NCBI GenBank assembly: GCA_022793655.1
Contig: JAAWDG010000011.1
Location: forward strand, 115,135 to 179,134
DNA length: 64,000 bases
Origin: Clostridiales bacterium
GTDB taxonomy: Bacteria; Bacillota; Clostridia; Oscillospirales; CAG-272
Direction of reading: 5' to 3'
Under the pieces are notes generated by a model. The model saw only the letters and a program-made list of their open reading frames with translations, was not told where the DNA came from and did not search any database. A program made the position numbers and the translations under genes. Numbering within the stretch: position 1 is the first letter of the stretch; every line of letters starts with the position of its first letter. This document shows positions 1 to 9,123 of the stretch, piece after piece.

Positions 1-1
1 T

Positions 2-283
2 CATATTTATCATTCGATCAATCGGGATGTATTTGAAAAAGAACTGATGAAACTTTGCGATTATACGGTGTGCACGTATTTAAAAACCGCGTTTACAGAG
101 CCAATCAATGAAGCGGATCGGCTTATTTTACAGCGTTTTATTAAATGTGCTTGCTTTGGTCTAATTATTGAATGGCTAAATAGCGGTATGGATGATGAAG
201 CGATTCACGATTTGCTTCGCATAACAGCGCTTTGCAAAGGCATGTCTCAAGAACTCATAGAAAGAAGCAAACATTTACAGTAA
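2..283 (+). CDS. TetR/AcrR-type regulator, C-terminal domain only (5' end outside window)
   Basis: Frame is open from the window edge, with no stop between nt 2 and the listed ATG at 47. Helical C-terminal region FIKCACFGLIIEWLNSGMDDEA resembles Firmicute TetR C-terminal domains. Terminator follows. Confidence 0.4.
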   Translation, partial: HIYHSINRDVFEKELMKLCDYTVCTYLKTAFTEPINEADRLILQRFIKCACFGLIIEWLNSGMDDEAIHDLLRITALCKGMSQELIERSKHLQ

Positions 284-323
284 ACAAAGTAACTCCTTAT
301 CTTTTGTTAAATAAGTGGTTTAG

Positions 324-349
324 GTCAGTCATATGCGGCTGACTTTTTT
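324..349 (+). terminator. Intrinsic terminator
   Basis: Stem gtcagtc/ggctgac (324-330/337-343) followed by tttttt. Confidence 0.6.
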
Positions 350-409
350 CTTTTTTATGAAAAATCGTAATATAAATAGTCGAATCAATAACTGAGTAAG
401 CGAAAAAAT

Positions 410-423
410 TACAGTTAACTGTA
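410..423. promoter_or_regulatory. 14-bp perfect palindrome TACAGTTAACTGTA (possible operator)
   Basis: Perfect inverted repeat in the 320-bp gap between the TetR fragment and the amidase-domain gene. Confidence 0.25.
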
Positions 424-602
424 TTGATAAAGGCGGTTCAATTGGGGAATTTAAGGTCTTGGTGGCACTGGCAAGAAAATGTTTTATGATTATAATGCAA
501 TAAGGGCATTGTGTTTGGGTTTGTATATTGTAAGCGATATCAGTCAAAAACAAGGAAAGCCTTTATTATTTTATAAAGAATGGCAGAGGAGTTAATCAAT
601 CG

Positions 603-1076
603 ATGTATAATCGAGAAGCAGCGGTTGCCTATGCACATGAATGGGCATATAAGCGCAATCCCCGTTATTTGAATTTTACGGGCATAGGCGGTGACTGCAC
701 GAATTTTGTATCACAGTGTCTATTAGCAGGCGGGGCACCCATGAATTATGAAAAAACATTTGGATGGTATTATGCCAATGCATCGAACCGGGCACCAGCA
801 TGGACTTCGGTTCAATATTTATATAATTTTTTAATGAAAAGAGCCTCCATTGGCCCAAGAGGTGAAGAGACAAGCATTCACGAGATAGAAAAAGGAGATG
901 TTGTGCAGCTTTCGTTTGACGGTGTTGTTTTTCATCATTCGCTCTTGGTGGTTGATACAGGCATTAAAAAAAATTCAGATCATTTGTTGTTAGCTACCCA
1001 TTCGTATGATGCGGACGATCGTCCGCTTTCATCTTATCAATATGCAAAAGCCAGATTTTTAAAGATCGATGTGTAG
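603..1076 (+). CDS. Putative amidase-domain protein (Amidase_6 / PF12671-like)
   Basis: YNREAAVAYAHEWAYKRNPRYLNFTGIGGDCTNFVSQC...GWYY...WTSV is the characteristic N-terminal signature of this family. RBS gaggag lies upstream. Confidence 0.7.
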   Translation: MYNREAAVAYAHEWAYKRNPRYLNFTGIGGDCTNFVSQCLLAGGAPMNYEKTFGWYYANASNRAPAWTSVQYLYNFLMKRASIGPRGEETSIHEIEKGDVVQLSFDGVVFHHSLLVVDTGIKKNSDHLLLATHSYDADDRPLSSYQYAKARFLKIDV

Positions 1077-1121
1077 AATTGAAAGAAACGATATGATTTG
1101 CTAATTTTATTAATAAATCGG

Positions 1122-1250
1122 TGGTATACTATGATAAAATAAGAACAAGCCGTATGGCTTGTTCTTAAAAAGATTGACTTGCCACCCATTAGGTGGTGAC
1201 ATTCCGGCAGAGCCGGAAACGCCAATCTTTATGGTAGCAGAAACTTTATA
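1122..1250 (+). repeat. Structured intergenic element copy E1 (hairpin-linker-hairpin-TGACA-hairpin, three-way junction)
   Basis: TGGTATACT at 1122-1130. Hairpins at 1141-1166, 1182-1196 and 1202-1218. Closing helix 1169-1176/1223-1230. 1197-1218 is 21/22 identical to 26208-26229. Confidence 0.6.
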
Positions 1251-1357
1251 ATAAAATAAATTTTATATCATGTAGTTTGCCTGACCGATTCGCTGATGTA
1301 GTTCAATTCTTCGACGGCGGGTATTTTTGTTAGCGTAATGTGAAGGGGGTGTGCACG

Positions 1358-2299
1358 GTGGCGTTAAATCGATGGATGAAAAAAGCCTTAAAAGCGCTTT
1401 CTTTCCCTGATCTTGATATACGAAAATTTTATGCGCTTGATCGATCGGTGCGGTATATAAAATCGCCTCCTATTTTACATGCGCTATATAAACGATATGA
1501 CCATGTAATCACGACCGAAGAAGGGCGAGAGGTACTTACCCGCGTTTATACACCCAAAGAGTGTATCGACCGGCATACGCTGCTCTTTTTTCATGGCGGC
1601 GGCTGGGTTACCGAGAATATTGATACCTATCATCGAGTATGTCGTGCTTTGGCACGGGCAACGAAGAGCCGGGTTGTATCGGTGGAATATCGATTAGCTC
1701 CTGAACATCCCTTTCCGCAGGGATTGGATGATTGTTATGATGCCGCTCGTGAAATCATTTTACATCCCGAGCATTTTGATTTTGATCCAGGTCTTGTAAC
1801 CCTCATTGGCGACAGCGCGGGCGGCAACCTAGCGGCGGCAGTATCGCTGCGTGCACGAGATGAGGGACTCTTTCAGGTGCAGCGGCAAATTTTAATTTAT
1901 CCGGCTACCGGTAATGACCATAGCGAACATTCGCCGTTTCGCTCTGTTATTGAAAACGGGCGAGATTATTTACTGACTTCCAGCCATGTACAGGCGTATA
2001 TTGATCTATATAAGAGAAACGAGAAAGATCTGTATAATCCATATTTTGCGCCGCTTATGGCGGCCGACTACAGCCGGCAGCCGCGCACGCTGCTAATTAC
2101 CGCGCAATATGATCCGCTGCGAGATGAAGGTGAAGAATATGCCAAGCGTTTGCGAGAAGCCGGCAATCAGGTAACGTTATATCGCATGAAGGATGCGCTG
2201 CATGGTTTTATGGGATTAGGGCCGCGCTATGTGCATGTGCGGCGCACACATCGACTGATTAATGAGTTTATTCATCAACAGGAAGATGAAATAAGATAA
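1358..2299 (+). CDS. Alpha/beta hydrolase, HSL-type esterase/lipase (Abhydrolase_3)
   Basis: HGGGW oxyanion motif and GDSAGGNLA nucleophile elbow. GTG at 1358 is preceded by gaaggggg; the track start at 1340 has no RBS. Confidence 0.8.
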   Translation: MALNRWMKKALKALSFPDLDIRKFYALDRSVRYIKSPPILHALYKRYDHVITTEEGREVLTRVYTPKECIDRHTLLFFHGGGWVTENIDTYHRVCRALARATKSRVVSVEYRLAPEHPFPQGLDDCYDAAREIILHPEHFDFDPGLVTLIGDSAGGNLAAAVSLRARDEGLFQVQRQILIYPATGNDHSEHSPFRSVIENGRDYLLTSSHVQAYIDLYKRNEKDLYNPYFAPLMAADYSRQPRTLLITAQYDPLRDEGEEYAKRLREAGNQVTLYRMKDALHGFMGLGPRYVHVRRTHRLINEFIHQQEDEIR

Positions 2300-2317
2300 A
2301 CGAAAGGTGGCTTTGCA

Positions 2318-3568
2318 ATGGCGCAGATTCTAAATTGGTTGCGGTTAGACAATGTGGGGAAAATTTTCCCATCAACCAGTTCTAAACAAGATACAGGTGT
2401 TTTTCGCCTTTCTTGCGAAATTGACAAGTTAGTGCAGCCTGCATTGCTGCAAGAAGCGTTAGACAAAACCTTAGAGCAGTTTCCGCATTTTTTGTATATA
2501 ATGCGCAGCGGTTTTTTCTGGTATTATTTAGAGGCAAGTGAATTAAAACCCATTGTACACATTGAAAATAAAGGGGTATGTGCGCCGCTTTTTCATCGCA
2601 ATAAACATACATTGCTGTTTGACGTGAGTTATTATGAAAATCGAATTCATTTAGAGGTATATCATGCTTTAGCTGATGGTACAGGCGCTATGCAGTTTTT
2701 TTCTTGTTTGCTATGCCGCTATATGGCGGCCATTGATGACAACATTGACAGTACCTTAGCTGACCAGATAGTGCCGTCGCCGATTACGGCACGGGCGGAG
2801 GATAGCTTCCGCAAGTATTATCGGCATATCAGGACATCTCTTATGGAACCGAATGTGCGGGCCTATCATTTTTCGGGCATTAAAAGTGATGATTTAATCA
2901 TTACCGAGGGGCGTATGCCTTGTCATGAGGTTTTAGCCTTGGCGAAAGCAAATGGAACGACACTGACAGTTTTTTTGTGTGCATTAGTGTTGTTTGCCGT
3001 ATATGAAGATATGCAGCGCTTTCATCAAAAACGTCCGGTTGTATTGACCGTGCCAGTCAATTTGCGCAGTTATTTTCCTTCGGATACAGCGCGCAATTTT
3101 TTTGGCAATATACGGGTTGCCTACCGTTTCGGCGATAAAAAGCCTGCTTTTGAAGAGGTAGTCAAAGCTTTGGATGCAGCTTTTAAAAAAGAATTGACAG
3201 AAGAAAGGCTTAATGAACGCATTAGCCGTTTTACAGCTTTAGAAAGAAATCCGGTCGCAAAAGTTGCACCGTTATTGTTAAAAAACTTTGTGTTGCGTAT
3301 AGCAAGACGGTTTTCAGATGCCGGTGAAACGATGGTAATTTCAAATGTCGGTATCATTAAACTGCCAGAGGTCGTTCTTCATCATGTCAAGCATATGTCT
3401 ATTTTTACTGGGACGAGCCGCCAGCAAATTTGTATTTGTACCTGCGGTGATGTATTATCGGTTGCATTTAGTTCTAAATTTGTCAATCAAGAAATTCAGT
3501 GTCGATTGTTTCGGAGGTTGGCTGAATTAGGCGTTGATGTGGAAATCAGCAGTAATTTGCCGGATTAA
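2318..3568 (+). CDS. HxxxD-motif acyltransferase (condensation / alcohol-acetyltransferase-like)
   Basis: HALADGTG catalytic-type motif. RBS aaaggtgg. 18-nt gap after the esterase gene. Confidence 0.6.
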   Translation: MAQILNWLRLDNVGKIFPSTSSKQDTGVFRLSCEIDKLVQPALLQEALDKTLEQFPHFLYIMRSGFFWYYLEASELKPIVHIENKGVCAPLFHRNKHTLLFDVSYYENRIHLEVYHALADGTGAMQFFSCLLCRYMAAIDDNIDSTLADQIVPSPITARAEDSFRKYYRHIRTSLMEPNVRAYHFSGIKSDDLIITEGRMPCHEVLALAKANGTTLTVFLCALVLFAVYEDMQRFHQKRPVVLTVPVNLRSYFPSDTARNFFGNIRVAYRFGDKKPAFEEVVKALDAAFKKELTEERLNERISRFTALERNPVAKVAPLLLKNFVLRIARRFSDAGETMVISNVGIIKLPEVVLHHVKHMSIFTGTSRQQICICTCGDVLSVAFSSKFVNQEIQCRLFRRLAELGVDVEISSNLPD

Positions 3569-3580
3569 TGTGGAGGAGAT

Positions 3581-4246
3581 ATGTTATATTGCGAGGCTTG
3601 TAAAGTGAAAATTGCGGGTATTCATGCACATTGTCCGCTCTGTGGAGGAAATATAACTGGCGAACCACAGGAAAAAGCGTGCTATCCAGTGCTTGCGCCG
3701 TGCAAACCAAATTTTACGAAAAAATTGATGCAGATTAGCGCAATCACGGCGCTGGCCGCGCAAATTATATGCACGGCAGTCAATGTATTAGTGACGCCGG
3801 AGATTTGGTGGTGTCTTTACACCTTGTTTGGTTTGCTATGCGGTTGGGTGTGGTTTGCAATTGGCCTATCTAAAAAAGCGAATATGAAAAAAAGTATCGC
3901 ATGGCAGTTAGTGGTTGTTTCTGTTTTTTCGCTTTTATGGGATGTTGGCACTGGTTGGCGTGGCTGGTCTGTTGATTTTGTGTTTCCTTGTATGTATACA
4001 TGTGCGTTATTAGTACTTTTATTTCTTGCCCATTTTTTGCATGTACCAATTCGAGATTATATTATCTATGCTGGCCTTGGCGCTATATTAGGCATTATAC
4101 CGGTTGTCTTTATGGCAGTGGGGTTGGCGCATGTACTGATTCCATCGGTTATATGTGTTTCGGTTAGCTTGCTTGTCATTTGTATGCTTCTTTTATTCCA
4201 TTGGAAGGCCGTTCATGGCGAGGTGACGAAAAAGCTGCATTTGTGA
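3581..4246 (+). CDS. Zinc-ribbon N-terminus plus polytopic membrane protein (DUF6320-like)
   Basis: CEACKVKIAGIHAHCPLCGG (CxxC...CxxC) followed by about 5 hydrophobic segments. RBS ggaggag. 12-nt gap after the previous gene. Confidence 0.6.
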   Translation: MLYCEACKVKIAGIHAHCPLCGGNITGEPQEKACYPVLAPCKPNFTKKLMQISAITALAAQIICTAVNVLVTPEIWWCLYTLFGLLCGWVWFAIGLSKKANMKKSIAWQLVVVSVFSLLWDVGTGWRGWSVDFVFPCMYTCALLVLLFLAHFLHVPIRDYIIYAGLGAILGIIPVVFMAVGLAHVLIPSVICVSVSLLVICMLLLFHWKAVHGEVTKKLHL

Positions 4247-4277
4247 TTGGCGACAGTTTTTTATTTTTTGGAAGCTA

Positions 4278-4306
4278 TTGACAAATAATGTGCAAACGTG
4301 TATACT
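4278..4306 (+). promoter_or_regulatory. Sigma-70-type promoter of the cold-shock gene
   Basis: TTGACA (4278-4283), 17-nt spacer, TATACT (4301-4306). Leaves a 5' UTR of about 120 nt. Confidence 0.6.
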
Positions 4307-4431
4307 AACAATTGTATTCAGCATAATTGCTCTAAATTTCACATGAAGAATAAAACGACTATTTTGTTTTGTTGATGTGTGATGTTCTGGTTTTATATGG
4401 GTACAAAATATTTTAGGTGGAGGTACCCTGA

Positions 4432-4644
4432 ATGAATAAAGGTACTGTTAAGTGGTTTAACGAAGAAAAAGGATTTGGTTTCATTACCAATGAAAATGGC
4501 GGAGACGATGTTTTTGTTCATTTTTCTGCAATTGTAGCAGAGGGCTTTAAAACGCTGAAAGAGGGACAGACCGTTACATTTGATGTAGAGCCGGATCCCA
4601 AAAACAGCAGCAAGCTAAGAGCAGTGAACGTTTGCGTTATGTAA
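4432..4644 (+). CDS. Cold-shock protein (CspA family, CSD)
   Basis: [15 protein letters not shown] and VFVHFSAI are the RNP1/RNP2 motifs. RBS ggtggagg. Confidence 0.93.
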   Translation: MNKGTVKWFNEEKGFGFITNENGGDDVFVHFSAIVAEGFKTLKEGQTVTFDVEPDPKNSSKLRAVNVCVM

Positions 4645-4657
4645 TTTAGGCTTACTA

Positions 4658-4696
4658 AACATGCAGTCTGTCGGAAGATAGACTGCATGTTTTGTT
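4658..4696 (+). terminator. Intrinsic terminator
   Basis: 12-bp stem aacatgcagtct/agactgcatgtt followed by ttgtt. Confidence 0.7.
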
Positions 4697-4905
4697 CATG
4701 CATAGGTTTATATCGATACAGCTATGCTTGTAAAAAACGGGCGTTTGTGTTTATTTTACGACACATTAATGACTGAAAAGTCTTGATATAATAGGTAATT
4801 CAAGTAATACTTGTATTATTTTCAACAGATTTGCAATAGTTTTTGTGAAATGGAACTGATATAATGACATTACACCGGTGAATGATGTTTACTTAGAGGT
4901 CTATC

Positions 4906-6093
4906 ATGGATTTTCAATTTGGTAAGAATATTCGTAAGTTTCGCAGACGAGCGGGTGTAACGCAAGGAACCCTGGGTAATGCACTTGGCCTTAGTGCACA
5001 AGCGATTTCTCGCTGGGAATCGGGCGGTGGTTATCCTGATATGCAGCTGATTCCGGCGATTGCAAATTATTTTGGAATTACCATTGATGAACTTTTTGGC
5101 TATAATAGTGATCAAAGTCTTCGCATTGCAGAAATCTGCAATCAGTATGACGATATGGAGCGAAACAGAACATCGCTTGAGACCATGTTGGAATTTATTC
5201 GTTTGGCCGCGGAGGAGTTTCCCGCGTCTGATGAGATTATGATTCGATATGCTAACGCGCTTTATGAAGCGGGCTGGCAGGAACGCGGCGTGCGTGCTTA
5301 TAATGTCGAAGATAGCGTATATGCGTTTAATGACAGCGAATATGGCAAACAAAACGAAATTTGGCAGGATGCTATATCGGTTTTAAACAATTTGCTGATG
5401 CAAACAGGCGATACAGCGATTCGTGAGCAAGCGGTTTGCTTACTGGTTTATCTTTATCGGAATACGGGACAATATGAAGAAGCAACCATGCTGGCTTGCC
5501 AGCAGCCAACACTCGCTAGCAGCAGAGAATTGCTGCTTTTACAAGGTACAGATGGAGAAGAACGTGCTCGTTTTGCAGGTGAAGCACTGATTTCACTGAC
5601 GCGCATTTTTTCAGATGTGTTGTCTATGACGCTTAGCGGTCGGGTGGATTTACATGGAACGCCCATTTATATTCAAAAAATACAGGGAATTATTGAGCTG
5701 TATTTGCTCATTTATGAAGATGGTGTATTCGGTTATGCGCATTATGAGTTGTGTGAATTATATCTGACCTTAGCCAGAGCGCAGTGGGCGGGTGGTTTTA
5801 AACAAGAAGCCTTTGAAAGTCTTGATTTGGCATTGATACAAGCGCGTAAGTTTGATGCTATGAAAGATGTTGGTGAATATCAGTATACGGCATCGCTGCT
5901 AAACGAGATTCATGATAATACGTATGCATGGCCTGTTGATCGGAAAACAAAACGCACCGAAACATTAAGCGAATCGTGGCAGATTTCTGAGGAGCTTTGT
6001 CCCGGTTTAAAAGCAGATGAGCGATTCCGCAAGTGGAAAAGAAAAACGAAATATCATTGTAAACAAAAGGGAAAGTCTGAGCAAGATGCTTAA
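4906..6093 (+). CDS. XRE-family HTH regulator with long helical (TPR-like) C-terminal domain
   Basis: N-terminal FGKNIRKFRRRAGVTQGTLGNALGLSAQAISRWESG HTH_3 motif. The remaining ~320 aa is a helical-repeat-like region. Confidence 0.7.
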   Translation: MDFQFGKNIRKFRRRAGVTQGTLGNALGLSAQAISRWESGGGYPDMQLIPAIANYFGITIDELFGYNSDQSLRIAEICNQYDDMERNRTSLETMLEFIRLAAEEFPASDEIMIRYANALYEAGWQERGVRAYNVEDSVYAFNDSEYGKQNEIWQDAISVLNNLLMQTGDTAIREQAVCLLVYLYRNTGQYEEATMLACQQPTLASSRELLLLQGTDGEERARFAGEALISLTRIFSDVLSMTLSGRVDLHGTPIYIQKIQGIIELYLLIYEDGVFGYAHYELCELYLTLARAQWAGGFKQEAFESLDLALIQARKFDAMKDVGEYQYTASLLNEIHDNTYAWPVDRKTKRTETLSESWQISEELCPGLKADERFRKWKRKTKYHCKQKGKSEQDA

Positions 6094-6207
6094 GCGTAGA
6101 GCGGCTTTTTTCTTTTTGTCAGCGTATGAGGTTTAAAATATAGGATGTCTGGCGTTTGTTGCACGCGGTAGGAACTATGGCAACGTTTTACGTTGGACTT
6201 TCAAAAT

Positions 6208-6241
6208 AAAATAAGAGCAAGCTTTTGCTTGCTCTTATTTT
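6208..6241. terminator. Bidirectional terminator (XRE gene / vanT)
   Basis: aaaataagagcaagc tttt gcttgctcttatttt, with A/T runs on both sides. Confidence 0.6.
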
Positions 6242-8354
6242 ATTGAATAAATCGCTCTAATCGACTACCGAGACGACTAAGAATTTCATTTGTGATGGTA
6301 TGTGTTTTTTCGGCTAGTTCATAGGCAGAAATTTCTTGATTTTCGGAATGACCAATCAAAACAGCTGTATCGCCAGCAATTACTTGTTCGGGAATCTTGC
6401 TAATGTCAACTATGGTTAAATCCATGCAGATTTGCAAAATGGGCGCTTCATAACCATGCAGCAGCACGCGCCCGTGCGACTCACCAAGCATACGCGGCAG
6501 ACCGTCGGCATAGCCAATTGAGAGAATGGCTATTCTTTTTTCACCGTTTGCTGAAATTTGATTGCCGTACCCGGCTGTTTCGCCGTTTTGCAGTGTTTTA
6601 GTCGACGCCACACGTGCCTTTAAAGATAACACAGCCTGTAATGGTATCGGACAAGTTTCGCTGTCTTGTCGGCTGCTAAGGAGGCCGTATAGCGCAATGC
6701 CAATGCGCGCATAGTCTCCGGTGCAGTCTGGGAAATAGAGCAAGCCATAGCTTGCCTGCAAATGTGTTTTAGGAATTTTATATCTTTCTTCTCGAAGGTG
6801 TTGTAACAAATGCTGGAAGTGCTCGTTTTGTGCCAACGTTCGTGTACGGCCCTCTTGCGTGTTTTCTGCCATGCTGAAATGAGTGCATATTCCTTCAATT
6901 AACAGGTGCTTCATATTAAAAATTTGGCGGATTTCCGATCGGTTTTCAGCTGGTTCACCGAAGCGATGCATGCCTGTATCAATGCCTATGTGTACATGAT
7001 AACGTCGGCCATCTTGGTTTAGGATATGAGCATATGAGACGTCAACGATTGTCTGTATGAGCCGATAGCGCCGTAAAAGTATAAAATCTTTCGGATGGGT
7101 ATAGCCAAGTACTAAGATTTTCCTTCGAAAGCCTTGTTTACGCAGTTCTGCGCCTTCGGACGCGGTGGCGACGCAGACAATAGCGATTTCCTGCTTTTGC
7201 AGTTCTTTGGCAATCAGTGCTGCACCATGACCATACGCATTCGCTTTTAATACGGGCATAAGGGCACAATTGTCAGGCAGTTGTGCGCGAAGCGCTGCTA
7301 TGTTATGAAGCAGGGCGGTGCGGTCGAGCTCAATCCATGCCCTGCCTTTTGTCAGGACAGGTTTTGCCAGCCTTATACAAAGGTAGCTTATAGCCACAGA
7401 GAACCCGAAAGAGACAACACAAACCGCTATAAAATGAATCAAACTATTTTGAATCAATAGGTTTTGAAGCGCGGATCGTTTCGCAAGGGCTCTGACAAAG
7501 AGAATGGCAAGTGGGTGCAAAATATAAATCCACATGGACAGCAGACGGCAATACGGCAATGGTCTCACAGGAAGAGCGCATAAAAATGAAAAGAGAAGAA
7601 ACAAGACAGGAATCAAAAAAAGATACATACTGTCATGCCTTGTCTGGTGAAATTGATGCAGAAGAAGTCCCTCGCTTATTAAAAATAAAACGGAAAGAGG
7701 GAGGAAAGCGGCGCATTGCCGGATGGTAAGCGTCTGCCGATTACGAATCGCCGCGCCGAGGGTTATAAAAAATGGGGCGAAAAACAATCCGTTTCGGGTG
7801 TATGAAAAGATACGAAAGAGTGGTTGATAGAAATAATGATCAATGGGCGTACCCCTTACAAAGCCAAAATAGCTATCGCCCAATAGTCCGATCAGATAAA
7901 GGCCAAAGGTAATGAGAATGACTGGTTTTAACGGGAGGTGTTTGCATAAATAATAAACGAACAATATACCGGTTATGCAAGCAGGCAGATACCATAAATG
8001 ATAAAATGTACCGTCCCACAAAAGCATTTGAATGGCTTGGGCGATTGTCATGGGATCGAAATGACCGGCGTAAATACCAATCGGCAGATAGAGAAGGATA
8101 GCCGCGATATAGAGCAGTAGATTTTTGCGGATAAAATGCCAAGGAGAAGGGGCGCACAGGACAAAGAAACCGCTGATCATAAAAAAGAGGGGCACCGCGA
8201 TTCTTGCTATGATACGTGTCAGAATTAGATCGACAGTTTCGCCAAAACAGAGAAGCGGGCCAGTGTGAATAGCGACTACTAAAAACGCGGCAACGAGTCT
8301 GGCAAGGTCTAAAGCGCCGTAGTTTTTTGATGGATTAACGGTGCAGTGCGTCAT
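6240..8354 (-). CDS. vanT: VanT-type membrane-bound serine/alanine racemase (acyltransferase_3 membrane domain + PLP racemase)
   Basis: N-terminal LVAAFLVVAIHTGPL polytopic domain fused to an alanine-racemase-like C-terminus (VLKANAYGHGA). Last gene of the van cluster. Confidence 0.85.
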   Translation of the reverse strand: MTHCTVNPSKNYGALDLARLVAAFLVVAIHTGPLLCFGETVDLILTRIIARIAVPLFFMISGFFVLCAPSPWHFIRKNLLLYIAAILLYLPIGIYAGHFDPMTIAQAIQMLLWDGTFYHLWYLPACITGILFVYYLCKHLPLKPVILITFGLYLIGLLGDSYFGFVRGTPIDHYFYQPLFRIFSYTRNGLFFAPFFITLGAAIRNRQTLTIRQCAAFLPLSVLFLISEGLLLHQFHQTRHDSMYLFLIPVLFLLFSFLCALPVRPLPYCRLLSMWIYILHPLAILFVRALAKRSALQNLLIQNSLIHFIAVCVVSFGFSVAISYLCIRLAKPVLTKGRAWIELDRTALLHNIAALRAQLPDNCALMPVLKANAYGHGAALIAKELQKQEIAIVCVATASEGAELRKQGFRRKILVLGYTHPKDFILLRRYRLIQTIVDVSYAHILNQDGRRYHVHIGIDTGMHRFGEPAENRSEIRQIFNMKHLLIEGICTHFSMAENTQEGRTRTLAQNEHFQHLLQHLREERYKIPKTHLQASYGLLYFPDCTGDYARIGIALYGLLSSRQDSETCPIPLQAVLSLKARVASTKTLQNGETAGYGNQISANGEKRIAILSIGYADGLPRMLGESHGRVLLHGYEAPILQICMDLTIVDISKIPEQVIAGDTAVLIGHSENQEISAYELAEKTHTITNEILSRLGSRLERFIQ

Positions 8355-9123
8355 GGGTATTCCTCCATTCTGTTAACACAAAACCGTCGATGTTATTGCC
8401 AGAGATAATATATGGCTTGTCAGTGCGAACAACGATTTTTGTGTTTTGGTTTTTTGATGCCGGTATATAGGAAATGAGAATTGTTTCATGCAAATGCGTA
8501 TTGTAGATAAAGGGTTTGTTTCTTGCATCGTTTTTTAAAAATTCCATATATTCTTCAAGTGTGAATCGGTTTTGCGTTATAATGGCCGCATGCGGAATGC
8601 CAACATAGCGAAAATGCCAAGGTTCATAATCAATGTGTGTAATGAATTGCTTTTCTTTTGGATAGCGTTCAATAAATCCGAACCAGGGCGCTAATTTACG
8701 AAACACTTGACAAAGACCAGTATCAGGAAAGGCGGGACGAATGAAGTCAATAGCGCCGTCTATGGGTGTTCCAAGGTCAATGGCAAGACCTGTGTGATGT
8801 TCGCTTTCACCGGGGGCCGCTACATAGCGTTTGGTAAATGCTTCACCATGTTCGGCAACTGATTGTTTATAGAGAATCGTTTGTTCTTGGATCGAGCGCC
8901 AAGCGCTGACAGGCACAATTTCTTGCCAGCCGTTGATTTGCTGCATAAGGCTGTTCAGCAGAGCAGCCGCTCTCTTTTCTAAAAGGATGGAGGAAGCGTC
9001 TGCTGTTACAGGAACTAAGGCGGACGGATTTGAGGTAAAGGGAGTACCTTGACCAACGACAATCAAAAATCCGGTGTGTACTTGCTGGGGTGTAAGTTCA
9101 ATGATCTTTTTGCTTTCTTTCAT
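8335..9123 (-). CDS. vanXY: D,D-dipeptidase/carboxypeptidase VanXY (peptidase M15B)
   Basis: SEHHTGLAIDL (SxHxxGxAxD) and EPWHFRYVG (ExxH) zinc motifs. Overlaps vanG and vanT. Confidence 0.8.
   Translation of the reverse strand: MKESKKIIELTPQQVHTGFLIVVGQGTPFTSNPSALVPVTADASSILLEKRAAALLNSLMQQINGWQEIVPVSAWRSIQEQTILYKQSVAEHGEAFTKRYVAAPGESEHHTGLAIDLGTPIDGAIDFIRPAFPDTGLCQVFRKLAPWFGFIERYPKEKQFITHIDYEPWHFRYVGIPHAAIITQNRFTLEEYMEFLKNDARNKPFIYNTHLHETILISYIPASKNQNTKIVVRTDKPYIISGNNIDGFVLTEWRNTHDALHR

Noticed and set aside
463-480. TGGCAC as a sigma-54 -24 element
   Set aside because: The -12 element is missing: the sequence after 5 nt is AGAA, not TTGC.
1141-1166. AGCCGTAT in E1 hairpin 1 resembling group II intron domain V
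   Set aside because: Only 8 nt match. There is no bulged AY, no GNRA-type loop context, and no intron ORF or other domains nearby.
1037-1225. ORFs 1037-1225 (-) and 26116-26301 (-) that cross E1 and E2
   Set aside because: The shared 22-nt core is read in different frames in the two ORFs and neither has an RBS. The conservation is at nucleotide/structure level, not protein level.
1239-1256. Purine-riboswitch-like string on the E1 reverse strand (AAAGTTTCTGCTACC versus the J2/3 AGUUUCUACC)
   Set aside because: The rest of the purine aptamer (P1, kissing loops L2/L3, conserved U/C ligand contacts) is absent, so this is a chance resemblance.
4870-5352. Long antisense/shadow ORFs in the track (for example 4870-5352, 47808-48308, 50827-51309, 55887-56282, 56289-56750, 57739-58185, 30036-30431)
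   Set aside because: Each lies entirely inside a well-supported gene on the opposite strand. They lack RBSs and have low-complexity or odd composition, so I treat them as non-coding.
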